A stretch of 64,000 bases of DNA from Planctomycetota bacterium (GTDB taxonomy: Bacteria > Planctomycetota > Planctomycetia > JALXBF01): NCBI GenBank assembly GCA_026991575.1, contig JALXBF010000138.1, positions 11,099 through 75,098 on the forward strand, read 5' to 3'. This document shows positions 21,195 to 34,375 of the stretch, piece after piece. Positions within the stretch are counted from its first letter, which is position 1. Every line of letters starts with the position of its first letter. The translations under genes were made by a program, and so were the position numbers. Under the pieces are notes generated by a model. The model was not told the DNA's origin. It searched no databases and saw nothing but the letters and a program-made list of their open reading frames with translations.

Positions 21195-22271
21195 TTAGAA
21201 CCCGAAGCCGAAGCCGCCCCCGAAACCACGGCGGCCAAGGTGGCCGAACTGGAACGCGCGGATGGTCGAGTGGCCGAACAGCGAGAACCCAAAGAGTCGC
21301 TCGACCGGAGCAGTGACTCGGGCGATGAAGCCGTCGGCAGCGTTCCAGAAGCTAGCCTTCACGTAGATCCGATCGCCGGGCAGCAGTTGGTAGTTCGTCG
21401 TCGGATCGCCGCCCCGGGTGATGGCTACCCAGTCGATGGGCAAGATCTGGTCACCTGTTCCATCCGGGGGGGCAGGTCGCGCAACCCACATCTCCGAGTG
21501 GGCGGCGGCAGTGGGGGGCAGGCCGCCGACCATGGCCATGGCGTCAAGCACCGTCTCGTTGCCCGTAATTGGGATGCGCACCACCTGCTCGCCCAGCCCG
21601 GCACCGTCGAAGATGATGTACGCCCATTTGCTGTTGTAGCTCAGCACGTCCAGAGCGATCTGCGGATCCTCCAGGTACTGCTTCAGGTGTCCTTCGATGA
21701 CCGTCTTGGCTTGCTCCAACGTCAGGCCAGCAACACGTACCGAGCCGTAGATCCCCAGGTTCACGGTACCGTCGGGGCGAACAAGGTGTTCGCCGGCGAT
21801 TTGCTGCATGGCGGCCATCTGGGCCAAGCTGACCATCACCTGGGGCTGCGCGAACGTCTGACCCAGGAACTGCTCGATCGCCTTCTTAGCTTCCTCAACC
21901 GTCAGCCCGGCAATCCGCACCCGGCCGTACTGGGCGCCCAGGTCGACATAGCCCTGTTCATCGATCGCGTACACCCCGTCAATCGGGGCATCGGGCAGAA
22001 GCCCGGTGGCCTGGATGTAGACCGCATCCAGCGGTTCGAGGTGGTACGGGGGCTTCGGCACAACCTTGCGCGCCTCGATGAGCAGTATGTCCGGTGGCTC
22101 GATCACGTACTCGGGCAGGTTCACTTTGGCCAGTTCGCGCGGTATGGCAGAACGCCGGATCGCGTCGGCTTCCTCCCGGGTCGGGACAGTGTGGCACCCG
22201 GTAAGAAACAACGTGAGTGCCATCCCGACGACTAAGCCGACAGAAGAGTTCCGTACAAGGCTCCGTCCCAT
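21195..22271 (-). CDS. polysaccharide export protein (OPX/Wza-family Poly_export + SLBB domains), lipoprotein
   Basis: Lipobox LFLTGC. Poly_export-like motif YVIEPPDILLIEAR...DGVYAIDEQGYVDLGAQYGRVRIAGLTVEEAKKAIEQFL. A second SLBB-like repeat. Gly/Phe-rich C-terminus (GFGGGFGFGF). ATG at 22271. Confidence 0.7.
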   Translation of the reverse strand: MGRSLVRNSSVGLVVGMALTLFLTGCHTVPTREEADAIRRSAIPRELAKVNLPEYVIEPPDILLIEARKVVPKPPYHLEPLDAVYIQATGLLPDAPIDGVYAIDEQGYVDLGAQYGRVRIAGLTVEEAKKAIEQFLGQTFAQPQVMVSLAQMAAMQQIAGEHLVRPDGTVNLGIYGSVRVAGLTLEQAKTVIEGHLKQYLEDPQIALDVLSYNSKWAYIIFDGAGLGEQVVRIPITGNETVLDAMAMVGGLPPTAAAHSEMWVARPAPPDGTGDQILPIDWVAITRGGDPTTNYQLLPGDRIYVKASFWNAADGFIARVTAPVERLFGFSLFGHSTIRAFQFGHLGRRGFGGGFGFGF

Positions 22272-22489
22272 GCATTCCCTCCCGCCACGCGGCGCGAGCG
22301 GCTGCTCGGACCTTCGAGTCAACCAGCTCCTTAGATCGATCCAGGTGCGCGGGCCGCATTCTGGCCAAAATAGCTACGCCGCGCACAACCCTCACAGTCC
22401 TTGCCTACTGCAAAGGATCGGTTCTGCCTGTAACAGACTTGAGGACGGCTCCGAACAACCGCCAGGAAGTGAATCTGAGACTAGAGCAC

Positions 22490-22528
22490 ACCACAAAGAC
22501 GAAGAGCCCCGCCCAAAGCGGGGCTCTT
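22490..22528 (-). terminator. terminator-like hairpin downstream of the 22580-23290 gene
   Basis: Perfect 11-bp stem aagagccccgc/gcggggctctt with a 5-nt loop. On the minus strand it is followed by a moderately U-rich tract. Confidence 0.45.
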
Positions 22529-22579
22529 GGGACAAAGTCTACCACCAGGGAGGGAAGGTTCTGCCAGGCAGTCCACTCA

Positions 22580-23290
22580 TCAGCGCTGCGCAGCCACAGC
22601 CGGAGCCCGTGGCGCGGACCGCACCGGGCGCCACACAACGCGCACCACGGTCACGCGGCGGTCACTCTGCTTGTTCGCGTCCGGCGTTTGGCCCTTCTGA
22701 TCGTCCTGCGGCTGTAGCTGGGGCGTACCTTTGGGCTGCTGCTGTGGTGCCGCGTCGGGAGGGGGCGGTGGCGGCACGGGCTGAGGCTGCTTCGTCTCTG
22801 GCCTTACGTCCGGCTCGGAAGCCCGCTCAGGTGCGGTTTCCGTTTGGGGCTGCGTACCGTTTGGAGCATAGTAGTAGCGGCGTTCTGTGCTGGGTGAGGG
22901 CAACTGCTCGACCTGCGGACGCGGTGCCTCAGGCGCGGGCTCAGGCCCAACCGTCTCGCATCGCTGTTGATACGTCGTGACGGGGATCGTACGCTGCTGC
23001 TCGACCACGGCAATGGTCGGTACCCACAGCGTATGGTACGTGCCAAAGATCGGGTCATACCAGCAGCGCTGTGTCCACGTCAGTTGCGGGACACGTTCGG
23101 TCACGGTCTGGTAGGTCGTGCGTGGCTCATAGTAGCACCGCCGGACCGTCGTGGTCGGCACCGTGCCCCCACTCGGGCTGCACGGTGTGCACACGTAGCC
23201 CGTGGGGGACCACCCCCAGATGCACGCAGCCGCAACGGCGGGACTCAACAACGCAGACAGCAAGACCAAGGGCCGTGTCATGCGTCCCAT
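22580..23290 (-). CDS. hypothetical secreted protein with Cys/Tyr/Thr-rich N-domain and Pro/Gln-rich tail
   Basis: Signal peptide MTRPLVLLSALLSPAVAAAC. Repeats of the type YYEPRTTYQTVTERVP / WYDPIFGTYHTLWVPT. Then a PQ-rich low-complexity tail. Confidence 0.45.
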   Translation of the reverse strand: MGRMTRPLVLLSALLSPAVAAACIWGWSPTGYVCTPCSPSGGTVPTTTVRRCYYEPRTTYQTVTERVPQLTWTQRCWYDPIFGTYHTLWVPTIAVVEQQRTIPVTTYQQRCETVGPEPAPEAPRPQVEQLPSPSTERRYYYAPNGTQPQTETAPERASEPDVRPETKQPQPVPPPPPPDAAPQQQPKGTPQLQPQDDQKGQTPDANKQSDRRVTVVRVVWRPVRSAPRAPAVAAQR

Positions 23291-23526
23291 CGGTAAATTC
23301 CTCCACTGGAGGCTGCAGCCGAACCCCCGTGCCGGAAGGGCGACATTTCATTGTAGCGTTCGCAAGCGGCGGTGCTGCCCGTTGCGGCAGGGATGGGAAC
23401 CAACGGAAGCACTTTGGCTTAGAATAGAGAACCCAACACGCCCGGCCCTGCGCTCCGGACCCGTGATGGCGGCTCGTTGCGCTGCGGTGGTCGGCCGGGC
23501 CGGCTTCCCGAGAGAGGAGGTGGATC

Positions 23527-24507
23527 ATGGCACAGGCGACGTCTGAGACGACACCGCTACGTCGGTACGGCATCTATGAGGACATCACCCGCACGATTGG
23601 CAACACGCCGCTGGTCCGTCTGAGAAAACTGACGGCCGGGCTGCACGCCACCGTATTGGCCAAGCTGGAGAGCGGCAACCCGCTCTGGTCGGTCAAGGAC
23701 CGCATCGGGGTTGCCATGATCGACGCCGCGGAGCGCGAGGGCAAATTGAAGCCGGGCGGTGTCGTCATTGAGCCCACCAGCGGCAACACGGGGATCGCGC
23801 TGGCGTTTACCTGCGCGGCGCGCGGCTACAAGCTGATCGTCACGATGCCAGAGAGCATGAGTCTGGAGCGGCGGCGGCTGCTGAAGGCGCTCGGCGCCGA
23901 GATCGTTCTGACGCCGGCCAGCGAGGGAATGCCTGGTGCGGTGCGGCGGGCGGAGCAGATTGCCGCTGAGAACCCCGACTATTTCATGCCGCAGCAGTTC
24001 AAGAACCCTGCAAACCCGGAAATCCACCGCCGGACCACGGCAGAGGAGATCTGGCGCGATACAAACGGCGCCTGTGACATCCTGGTGGCTGGCGTCGGCA
24101 CGGGTGGAACGATCACCGGTGTTGGCGAAGTGATCAAAGCGCGCAAGCCTGAGTTCAAGTGTGTTGCCGTGGAGCCGGCCAAGTCACCCGTCATCAGTCA
24201 GAAGCTGGCCGGTCAGGAGCTGAAGCCCGGTCCGCACAAGATCCAGGGCATCGGAGCCGGCTTCATCCCGGAGGTCCTCAACCTGCAAATCATCGACGAC
24301 GTGGTTCAGGTGGAAGAGGAGGCTGCGATGGAGACCGCCCGCGCACTGGCCGCTAAGGAAGGCATCTTCTGTGGTATCTCCTCCGGTGCCGCGTGCTGGG
24401 CCGCGCTGCAGGTGGCGAAGCGGCCCGAGAGCCGTGACAAGGTGATTGTGGTTGTCCTCCCGGACCTCGGTGAGCGCTACCTGTCCACGCCGCTGTATCC
24501 GGAATAG
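23527..24507 (+). CDS. cysK: cysteine synthase A (O-acetylserine sulfhydrylase)
   Basis: [19 protein letters not shown] (PLP lysine), and [10 protein letters not shown] motifs. 326 aa. A GAGGAGG RBS precedes the ATG. Confidence 0.9.
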   Translation: MAQATSETTPLRRYGIYEDITRTIGNTPLVRLRKLTAGLHATVLAKLESGNPLWSVKDRIGVAMIDAAEREGKLKPGGVVIEPTSGNTGIALAFTCAARGYKLIVTMPESMSLERRRLLKALGAEIVLTPASEGMPGAVRRAEQIAAENPDYFMPQQFKNPANPEIHRRTTAEEIWRDTNGACDILVAGVGTGGTITGVGEVIKARKPEFKCVAVEPAKSPVISQKLAGQELKPGPHKIQGIGAGFIPEVLNLQIIDDVVQVEEEAAMETARALAAKEGIFCGISSGAACWAALQVAKRPESRDKVIVVVLPDLGERYLSTPLYPE

Positions 24508-24595
24508 CGCGAGCCGGTGATCGGTGGGCGTTCGCGGAGTCAACAACCCGGCGGCGGCTGTGCTGTGTGCAGCTGCTGCCGCGCCCAGCGTGCGG

Positions 24596-25621
24596 TCAGC
24601 GTCTGAGACGGGCAAACAGCGCAGTGCCCAACAGCAGCCCAGCGAAGGCGACCACGACGCTTGCACCGGTCGGCGCATCGAGAACGACGGACAACGCCAG
24701 CCCGAGGAGTGCTGCACCCACGCCCAATGACCAGCCCAACAACAGCCGCACCAGGAGGCTCTTGGCAACCAGCATGGCGGCTACCGCAGGCACAACCAGG
24801 AAGCTGAAGACCAGTAGCACACCGGCCATCTGCACGCTGCTGCTGACGACGAGTCCGAACGTCGCATAGAAGAGAAAGTCCCACCATCGCGCCACCCGGC
24901 CCAACGCTTGTTCCCGGTCCGGGTGGAAAGACAGCACGCTAAAGGGGCGCCAGCAGATGACGTGCACGGCCGCGACGGCTGCGTACAGGACGGCAGCGTG
25001 CAGGACATCGGACGGGTGAACAAACAGGATTCGCCCAACGAGCATCGCTTCTGTCTGCTCGAGCGCGTCGACGGGGCTCTTGTAAATCAGGATCACAGTC
25101 AGCGCAGCCCCGACGGCATAGACAATGCCGATGATCGCCTCCTGGGGCACCGGCCCCGTGCGACCACGGCACACGGCGAACACGGCGGCGCCGACCAGTG
25201 TAAACGCGATGCCACCGAGGTATGGTCCCCAGGCTGAGCCATTCAACGCTGCTGTGTGCTCCCGTGGCGGTTCTGCGTGGGCTGGGCTAGTGTCTGGGGC
25301 GTCGGCCAGTTCGGCTTCGATGAGCTGGTCGATCTCTTCTGCGCTGTCCGGGAACGAGGCCTGCGTTCTATTCGCACGGCCGTCGGCATTGCCAGGTACG
25401 GCTGCCGTTTCAGGAGCTGCAGAGAGCGGGGGAGTGCCGAGGTAGTGCTGTATGGTGGCTGCGGTTGCCGTCCCCAAGAAGGCCAGCTGGGCCAACGCAA
25501 GGTCGACGAAGATGACCCCTCGCGAAACCACATGCAAGCCCAGGTAGCAATGGATGCCCGCCAGCACCAGGCAGGCCATGAAGGGCCAGACGAGGTAGTG
25601 CAGCAGCTCAGCCCCGTTCAT
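24596..25621 (-). CDS. ABC-3 family metal (Zn/Mn) ABC transporter permease with extended cytoplasmic loop
   Basis: Polytopic protein with ZnuB/MntB-like segments. Approximately 80-aa acidic/Ala-Pro-rich insertion. The stop/start 4-nt overlap with the upstream binding-protein gene suggests an operon. Confidence 0.7.
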   Translation of the reverse strand: MNGAELLHYLVWPFMACLVLAGIHCYLGLHVVSRGVIFVDLALAQLAFLGTATAATIQHYLGTPPLSAAPETAAVPGNADGRANRTQASFPDSAEEIDQLIEAELADAPDTSPAHAEPPREHTAALNGSAWGPYLGGIAFTLVGAAVFAVCRGRTGPVPQEAIIGIVYAVGAALTVILIYKSPVDALEQTEAMLVGRILFVHPSDVLHAAVLYAAVAAVHVICWRPFSVLSFHPDREQALGRVARWWDFLFYATFGLVVSSSVQMAGVLLVFSFLVVPAVAAMLVAKSLLVRLLLGWSLGVGAALLGLALSVVLDAPTGASVVVAFAGLLLGTALFARLRR

Positions 25622-26574
25622 GATTCGTCTCCCCGCACGGGCTCGGCGTCCGTGGCTTCCGCACGCACCTGCTGGGCTGCCCGGACGATGTTGCCCACCA
25701 GAAAATCAAAGTGGCTGAAGATATCCTTGGCTTCCGGTACGCCACCAACCCATTCGGGAAATGGGACGATAACGGCACCGGTCTCGCGGGCAATCGACTC
25801 GGCTGTCCGCCGATCGGCCCAGGTGTTCAGCAGGATGATGCGGCAGCGCTCACGGCGCATGAGCTGGATCAGGCGGGCGACATGTCCCGGTGAAGGTTCG
25901 ATCCCAGGCTTCGGTTCGACGTAGCCGATGACGCGCAGAGCGAAGCGGTCGGCGAAGTACGGGAAGACGTTGTGGTAGCCGACCACCTTGAGCCCGCGGT
26001 AGGGCCGCATCTGGCGCAGCCAGCGGAGCAACTCCCGCTTCATGCGATCCTCGAATCCTGCACAGTTACGGTGGTATTCCGCAGCGTGCTCCGGGTCGAT
26101 CTCCGACAGTCGATCTCGTAGATTGCGCCCGATGATGATCAGGTTGATCGGATCGAGGACGTAATGAGGATTGCCGTAAATGTGCATTTCGCCCTGCGCG
26201 CGACTGACCGCGCGTGGTATCTCCTTGAGGCGGATTCCCCGGGCGGCGTTGAAGTTGCCCGGCCTGCCCGGCAAGATCTTCGCGTTTCGCGCACCGCGTA
26301 ACAGGGCTGGTACCCATAGCTCCAGGTCAAGTCCGCTGTGGATGAACAAGTCCGCCTGGGCAACCAGTGCAACCTTTGCCGGCGTCGCTACGATGCGGTG
26401 GATGTTTTCTGGGCCCCGCATGATGCTGGTCACGGCGACACGGTTGCCCCCGATGCGCCGCGCCAAATCCGCGTACGTCGGCGTGGTCGTCACGACTCTC
26501 AACTGAGCATGGGCCACCGCGGACGTTGTCAGCCACCCGATGGCCAGAACGGTCACAATCCAGAGATGACGCAT
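25618..26574 (-). CDS. metal ABC transporter substrate-binding protein (ZnuA/TroA family)
   Basis: Signal peptide MRHLWIVTVLAIGWLTTSAVAHA. TroA-like core LRVVTTTPTYADLARRIGG...LFIHSGLDLELWVPALL. ATG at 26574; the tracked ORF start at 26670 is an upstream extension. Confidence 0.75.
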   Translation of the reverse strand: MRHLWIVTVLAIGWLTTSAVAHAQLRVVTTTPTYADLARRIGGNRVAVTSIMRGPENIHRIVATPAKVALVAQADLFIHSGLDLELWVPALLRGARNAKILPGRPGNFNAARGIRLKEIPRAVSRAQGEMHIYGNPHYVLDPINLIIIGRNLRDRLSEIDPEHAAEYHRNCAGFEDRMKRELLRWLRQMRPYRGLKVVGYHNVFPYFADRFALRVIGYVEPKPGIEPSPGHVARLIQLMRRERCRIILLNTWADRRTAESIARETGAVIVPFPEWVGGVPEAKDIFSHFDFLVGNIVRAAQQVRAEATDAEPVRGDES

Positions 26575-26600
26575 GGCAGTTTCGCTCCAAGGCATACCGG

Positions 26601-28010
26601 CTAGAAACGCTGCCGGATGTAGTACGGTTCCGGGGGATGAGCACCAAAGGCGTAGACGGTCTGAAACCACACGGTGTGTGCTGTATCGCTACCTGACTCC
26701 TGTAGATCCTGACGGAACCATTCGTACTGGAAGCGGAAACGATTGAATTCCGTCAAGAAGTACGTGGCATGGACTGAGGCGGCTATCAAGTACCCGTCCT
26801 CACGCGGCAACTCGGTGGCGTCGAACCGCAAGCCGACAAACCATGGGCGGCTCAGCCGACGCTGTAGCAGCACATAGCCTCCCACGTCTGCTCGGGTTCC
26901 CCCGGTAGGATGCTCCGTCTCAGCCGCGTACAACTCAGCTTGCACCAACCATTCCCGATATGCGTTCGCACGTGCGTCGACCCAGGTCCACATGAAGTCA
27001 AGAGACTGAAGCAGGGAATATGTGGAGCCGCTGCTGAGTTCTTCGGCGGTGACGACCCCGTTGACAGCCACGGTCACGGTTTGCTCACCAGGGCCGAGCC
27101 AGCATGCCGGGTTCCACAGTGGGGCGGTCTCCGCGGGCCACTCGCGGTACCACTGGTGCCGGACCAGGGCCAACGGAAAGTCGGTGCCACGGACCGGGAT
27201 CGGCGCTTCGTCGGCTTCCTCGATCGGCTGCCCATTGGTCAGCTCCACCGTTATTTCGCGAATCCACGGGCCCGTCGTTCTCAGCCGGCGGCTGTACGAC
27301 ACCCCCGGTCGGATAAGCCCTTCGGGCCCCAGAAACTGCTGCAGCACAAGCGGCCGGTCCACGGTGGGCAGGTCATGGTCGTCCGTGAGGTTCGTCGGTG
27401 CGAGCGCCATTCGAAACAAGCCAATCTTTACAGTGCCATCCCCGACGAGTTGTTCCAAGGTGCGATGAAACGAGAAGTCGTGTAGGACCAGATACGCCTC
27501 CTCAAGCTCGACTTCCCCGCCAGAGAAGTGCAGCTTGAGCAGCGCGTCGGCGAATGGGTCGACCGCCGCGGTGGCGAGCAACTCGACGCCGCGCACGCGG
27601 AAGTCGTCCAGGTCCTCGGCCATCAGGTCAGCGTGGCGAAGGGGAGCAGAGTAGTCTGCGTCGGGGCCTGAGCTGACCTGGCCGAGAAAATCTCCAATTA
27701 GCGAGATGTTGGGATTGAACGCGGATAGCCGAGCACCGAGGCCGGCGCCGAGCTGAGGCGCTTCCGGGGCGGCCTGCCGCTGTCTCTCGGCCTCTTGGAG
27801 CATCCGCTCCAGTTCGTCTGCCAACCGGTCGCGTTGCTCAGCGTTCGTGACTGCCTTCCCAGCCGCCTCCTGTGCCGCGAACACCGGCGCGCCCAATCGC
27901 ACCGCAGCCTGCTCTGCTGCGATAGCCCGCGCTACGCCGCGCGACCACATCAGAACCGCGACGACCACCGCGACCAGCCACAACAATGCTTGGATGCTGC
28001 GTCGTGACAT
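26601..28010 (-). CDS. hypothetical protein, possible outer-membrane beta-barrel with N-terminal coiled-coil
   Basis: N-terminal TM/signal segment. Charged coiled-coil (AEQRDRLADELERMLQEAERQRQ). A beta-rich body. C-terminal ...YYIRQRF aromatic end. Immediately upstream (in the direction of transcription) of znuA-like. Confidence 0.45.
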   Translation of the reverse strand: MSRRSIQALLWLVAVVVAVLMWSRGVARAIAAEQAAVRLGAPVFAAQEAAGKAVTNAEQRDRLADELERMLQEAERQRQAAPEAPQLGAGLGARLSAFNPNISLIGDFLGQVSSGPDADYSAPLRHADLMAEDLDDFRVRGVELLATAAVDPFADALLKLHFSGGEVELEEAYLVLHDFSFHRTLEQLVGDGTVKIGLFRMALAPTNLTDDHDLPTVDRPLVLQQFLGPEGLIRPGVSYSRRLRTTGPWIREITVELTNGQPIEEADEAPIPVRGTDFPLALVRHQWYREWPAETAPLWNPACWLGPGEQTVTVAVNGVVTAEELSSGSTYSLLQSLDFMWTWVDARANAYREWLVQAELYAAETEHPTGGTRADVGGYVLLQRRLSRPWFVGLRFDATELPREDGYLIAASVHATYFLTEFNRFRFQYEWFRQDLQESGSDTAHTVWFQTVYAFGAHPPEPYYIRQRF

Positions 28011-28185
28011 GTCCTTGGCTCCGCAGAGCAACGAGAGGCCCGCGATCGACTCAGCCCCGTGCCACGCTGTCGAGAGGCCCGAGACTTACGTTGAGCGTAG
28101 ACTTCCAACAGTAACGCTCGAACGCGCCCGGCACCGCCGGGCACCATGCGAAACCGGGCCCGTGGCCGCTCGGGCCTGCGTCCGG

Positions 28186-28464
28186 CTAGCGATCAGTGCT
28201 CTGCGGTGGCGCGCGGCATGGGACGAAGTGCCTGGTGAGGCAGTCGGCACTAGGTGATGGATAAGGAAAGACTGAGCCAGAGCAGACGGCTGGCCAGACT
28301 GGATGCGTCGCCTGGTCGACTGCCAACGCCGCTGTGAGTGTCACTTGACACGCGACGCACCCCGCCTCGGCATGGGCCGACGCGTGCGCCGAAGCCAGTG
28401 GTAGCAGCACTACCACGGCGATCAACAGTGTCGCGAATGCGATATGGCGCGGCATGGCATCCGG
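28186..28464 (-). CDS. possible small secreted CxxC peptide (low confidence)
   Basis: C-terminal 92 codons of a long spurious ORF. MPRHIAFATLLIAVVVLLPLASAHA signal peptide, then SAHAEAGCVAC... (His-rich plus CxxC). No clear RBS. Third-position GC falls off in the second half. Confidence 0.25.
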   Translation of the reverse strand, partial: PDAMPRHIAFATLLIAVVVLLPLASAHASAHAEAGCVACQVTLTAALAVDQATHPVWPAVCSGSVFPYPSPSADCLTRHFVPCRAPPQSTDR

Positions 28465-28509
28465 TTGCGACGTTCGGACGGACCCTACCGATTGTATCGA
28501 GTCTGACGC

Positions 28510-28989
28510 GTGGTAGAGATGAATGTTCTGGCAGACCAGCGCGAATTGCCCCCTGTGCGGCTTCATATCCCCCGATCCGTATGGGCCAACATGTTGGACC
28601 ATGCTCGTCGCGTGCTGCCCGAAGAATGCTGTGGGCTGCTGGCCGGTCACGGTAGCCAGTGCAGCCGCCTCTACGAACTGGAGAATGCCGATCACAGCCC
28701 GGTGAGGTACTCTGCGGAGCCGCGTTCGCTGATTGCTGCCTTTCGCGACATGCGTGAGCGTGGCCTGGAGCTTCTTGCCATCTACCACTCGCACCCGACA
28801 TCCGCTGCAGTGCCAAGCCGCACGGACTTGGCCGAAAACTACTACGGCACGGTGCCGCGAATCATCATCTCGCTGGCGGTCAATCCGCCTGAGGTTCGTG
28901 GCTACGTGCTGCATCCGGATCGGTGGCAGGAAATCGAGCTGGTCGTCGTAGCGGACCCGCCTGCTCGGGGCAGTATCATTGACTACTGA
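28510..28989 (+). CDS. Mov34/MPN/PAD-1 (JAMM) family metalloprotease
   Basis: JAMM motif: E (EECCGLL) ... HSHPTSAAVPSRTD (H-x-H-x7-S-x2-D). 159 aa. GTG at 28510 or ATG at 28519. Confidence 0.7.
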   Translation: MVEMNVLADQRELPPVRLHIPRSVWANMLDHARRVLPEECCGLLAGHGSQCSRLYELENADHSPVRYSAEPRSLIAAFRDMRERGLELLAIYHSHPTSAAVPSRTDLAENYYGTVPRIIISLAVNPPEVRGYVLHPDRWQEIELVVVADPPARGSIIDY

Positions 28990-29016
28990 TCTGTCGCTGA
29001 CTTCCTCAGTCAACCG

Positions 29017-29511
29017 TTGACGGTAGCCGCAGGACGAGGAGGAGAACGGCTCGTGGAACGCACTTTCGTGATGGTCAAACCGGATGGTGTTCAGCGACGC
29101 CTGGTGGGCGAGATCATCAGCCGTTTCGAGCGCAAGGGCCTGAAGCTGGTTGCGTTGAAGCTCGTTCAACTGACGCGCGACCAGGCGGCTCAGCTCTATT
29201 CCGTTCACCGCGAGCGGCCTTTCTTCAACGATCTGGTTGAGTTCGTCTGCTCGGCACCCGTGGTCGCGATGGTCTGGGAGGGACCGGACGTGGTTGCCGT
29301 CGCGCGCCGTCTGATCGGCGCGACCAACGCGTTGCAGGCCGAGCCGGGCACGATTCGTGGCGACTTCGGCGTAAGCACCCAGATGAACCTCGTTCATGCA
29401 TCCGACAGCCCTGTCTCGGTGGCGCGGGAGCTGCCTGTGGTGTTCGACCAGCAGGAGCTGGTCAGTTACACGCTGGCGACCGAACCATGGCTCGGGACCG
29501 ACGCGAGCTAG
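29017..29511 (+). CDS. ndk: nucleoside-diphosphate kinase
   Basis: ERTFVMVKPDGVQRRLVGEIISRFE...NLVHASDS (active-site His). The true start is probably the GTG near 29053. Confidence 0.9.
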   Translation: MTVAAGRGGERLVERTFVMVKPDGVQRRLVGEIISRFERKGLKLVALKLVQLTRDQAAQLYSVHRERPFFNDLVEFVCSAPVVAMVWEGPDVVAVARRLIGATNALQAEPGTIRGDFGVSTQMNLVHASDSPVSVARELPVVFDQQELVSYTLATEPWLGTDAS

Positions 29512-29844
29512 CTGCCCAGCCGAGGCCGCAAACCGCCGAGGATCGCAGCCGTGCCGAGCAGCGCGGCATTGGACGTGGCACGCGTCAGGATCCGGTGAAC
29601 CCGTTCTACGTGCTCGTCGTGCTCTTTGCCGTCTTGTTCACGCTGGCGTCTTTCCTGTACCTGGCGACGGACCTGTCGGCAACCGGTCCGCAGCGTTCCG
29701 GCATTGCGCGGTTCATGGCCGAGCACGGCACGGCGGTGCTGTTGACTCTGGGGGGGTGCATCGTGGCAACCTGCCTGGCGTCTATGGCGCTGGACAGCTA
29801 CCGTTGGCGCGGAACGAAGCGTGTCGTGAAGCGGAGAGAAGACG

Positions 29845-29858
<14 letters not shown>
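29487..29858 (+). CDS. small membrane protein (two predicted TM helices)
   Basis: FYVLVVLFAVLFTLASFLYLA and AVLLTLGGCIVATCLASMAL hydrophobic segments. It may start at GTG 29595 (AGGA RBS) to avoid overlapping ndk. Confidence 0.4.
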
Positions 29859-33998
<4,140 letters not shown>

Positions 33999-34011
33999 GG
34001 GAGGGAGGCCG

Positions 34012-34344
34012 TCAGTTGCTGGTTCCGGGCAACGCCTCTGCTGTCGGGCTCTTCAGCCGGGGGCTGGCCAGCCAACCCGGTGACCGCACACGAGACTGCT
34101 CCTGTCGATGTGCTTCGCCTGCGGCCCGGTCGCTCAGCCGACGCGCTGCCATGACGAACGCGGGTGCCGACTCCCGGGCCAACTGTGCACGTAGCCGAGC
34201 GTGGATCTCCGCCAGTTGCTCTGCCCGATCAGACAGCTCGGTAATTCGCTGCTCCAGCCGAAACCGATAGGCCTCAAGCCACACGGCAGCCGCACCGACC
34301 GGGATCAGACAGATCAGCAGCGCGATCACCCGGTGTAGCCGCAT
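34012..34344 (-). CDS. FtsL-like cell division protein (TM anchor + coiled coil)
   Basis: MRLHRVIALLICLIPVGAAAVWL TM segment followed by a heptad-like EAYRFRLEQRITELSDRAEQLAEIHARLRAQL. Positioned immediately upstream of the PBP gene. Confidence 0.45.
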   Translation of the reverse strand: MRLHRVIALLICLIPVGAAAVWLEAYRFRLEQRITELSDRAEQLAEIHARLRAQLARESAPAFVMAARRLSDRAAGEAHRQEQSRVRSPGWLASPRLKSPTAEALPGTSN

Positions 34345-34375
34345 GGCCGTTTCCTTGCTCAGGTCGAAAGGTGCC

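Noticed and set aside
21000-22235. 411-aa + strand ORF antisense to the OPX polysaccharide-export gene
   Set aside because: No recognisable motifs and Arg/Gly/Val-rich composition. The opposite strand has clear Poly_export/SLBB signatures and a lipobox.
28186-29397. 403-aa minus-strand ORF spanning the MPN and ndk genes
   Set aside because: It overlaps two well-supported + strand genes and has no domain signal. Only its last 92 codons (signal peptide + CxxC) were kept as a low-confidence small ORF.
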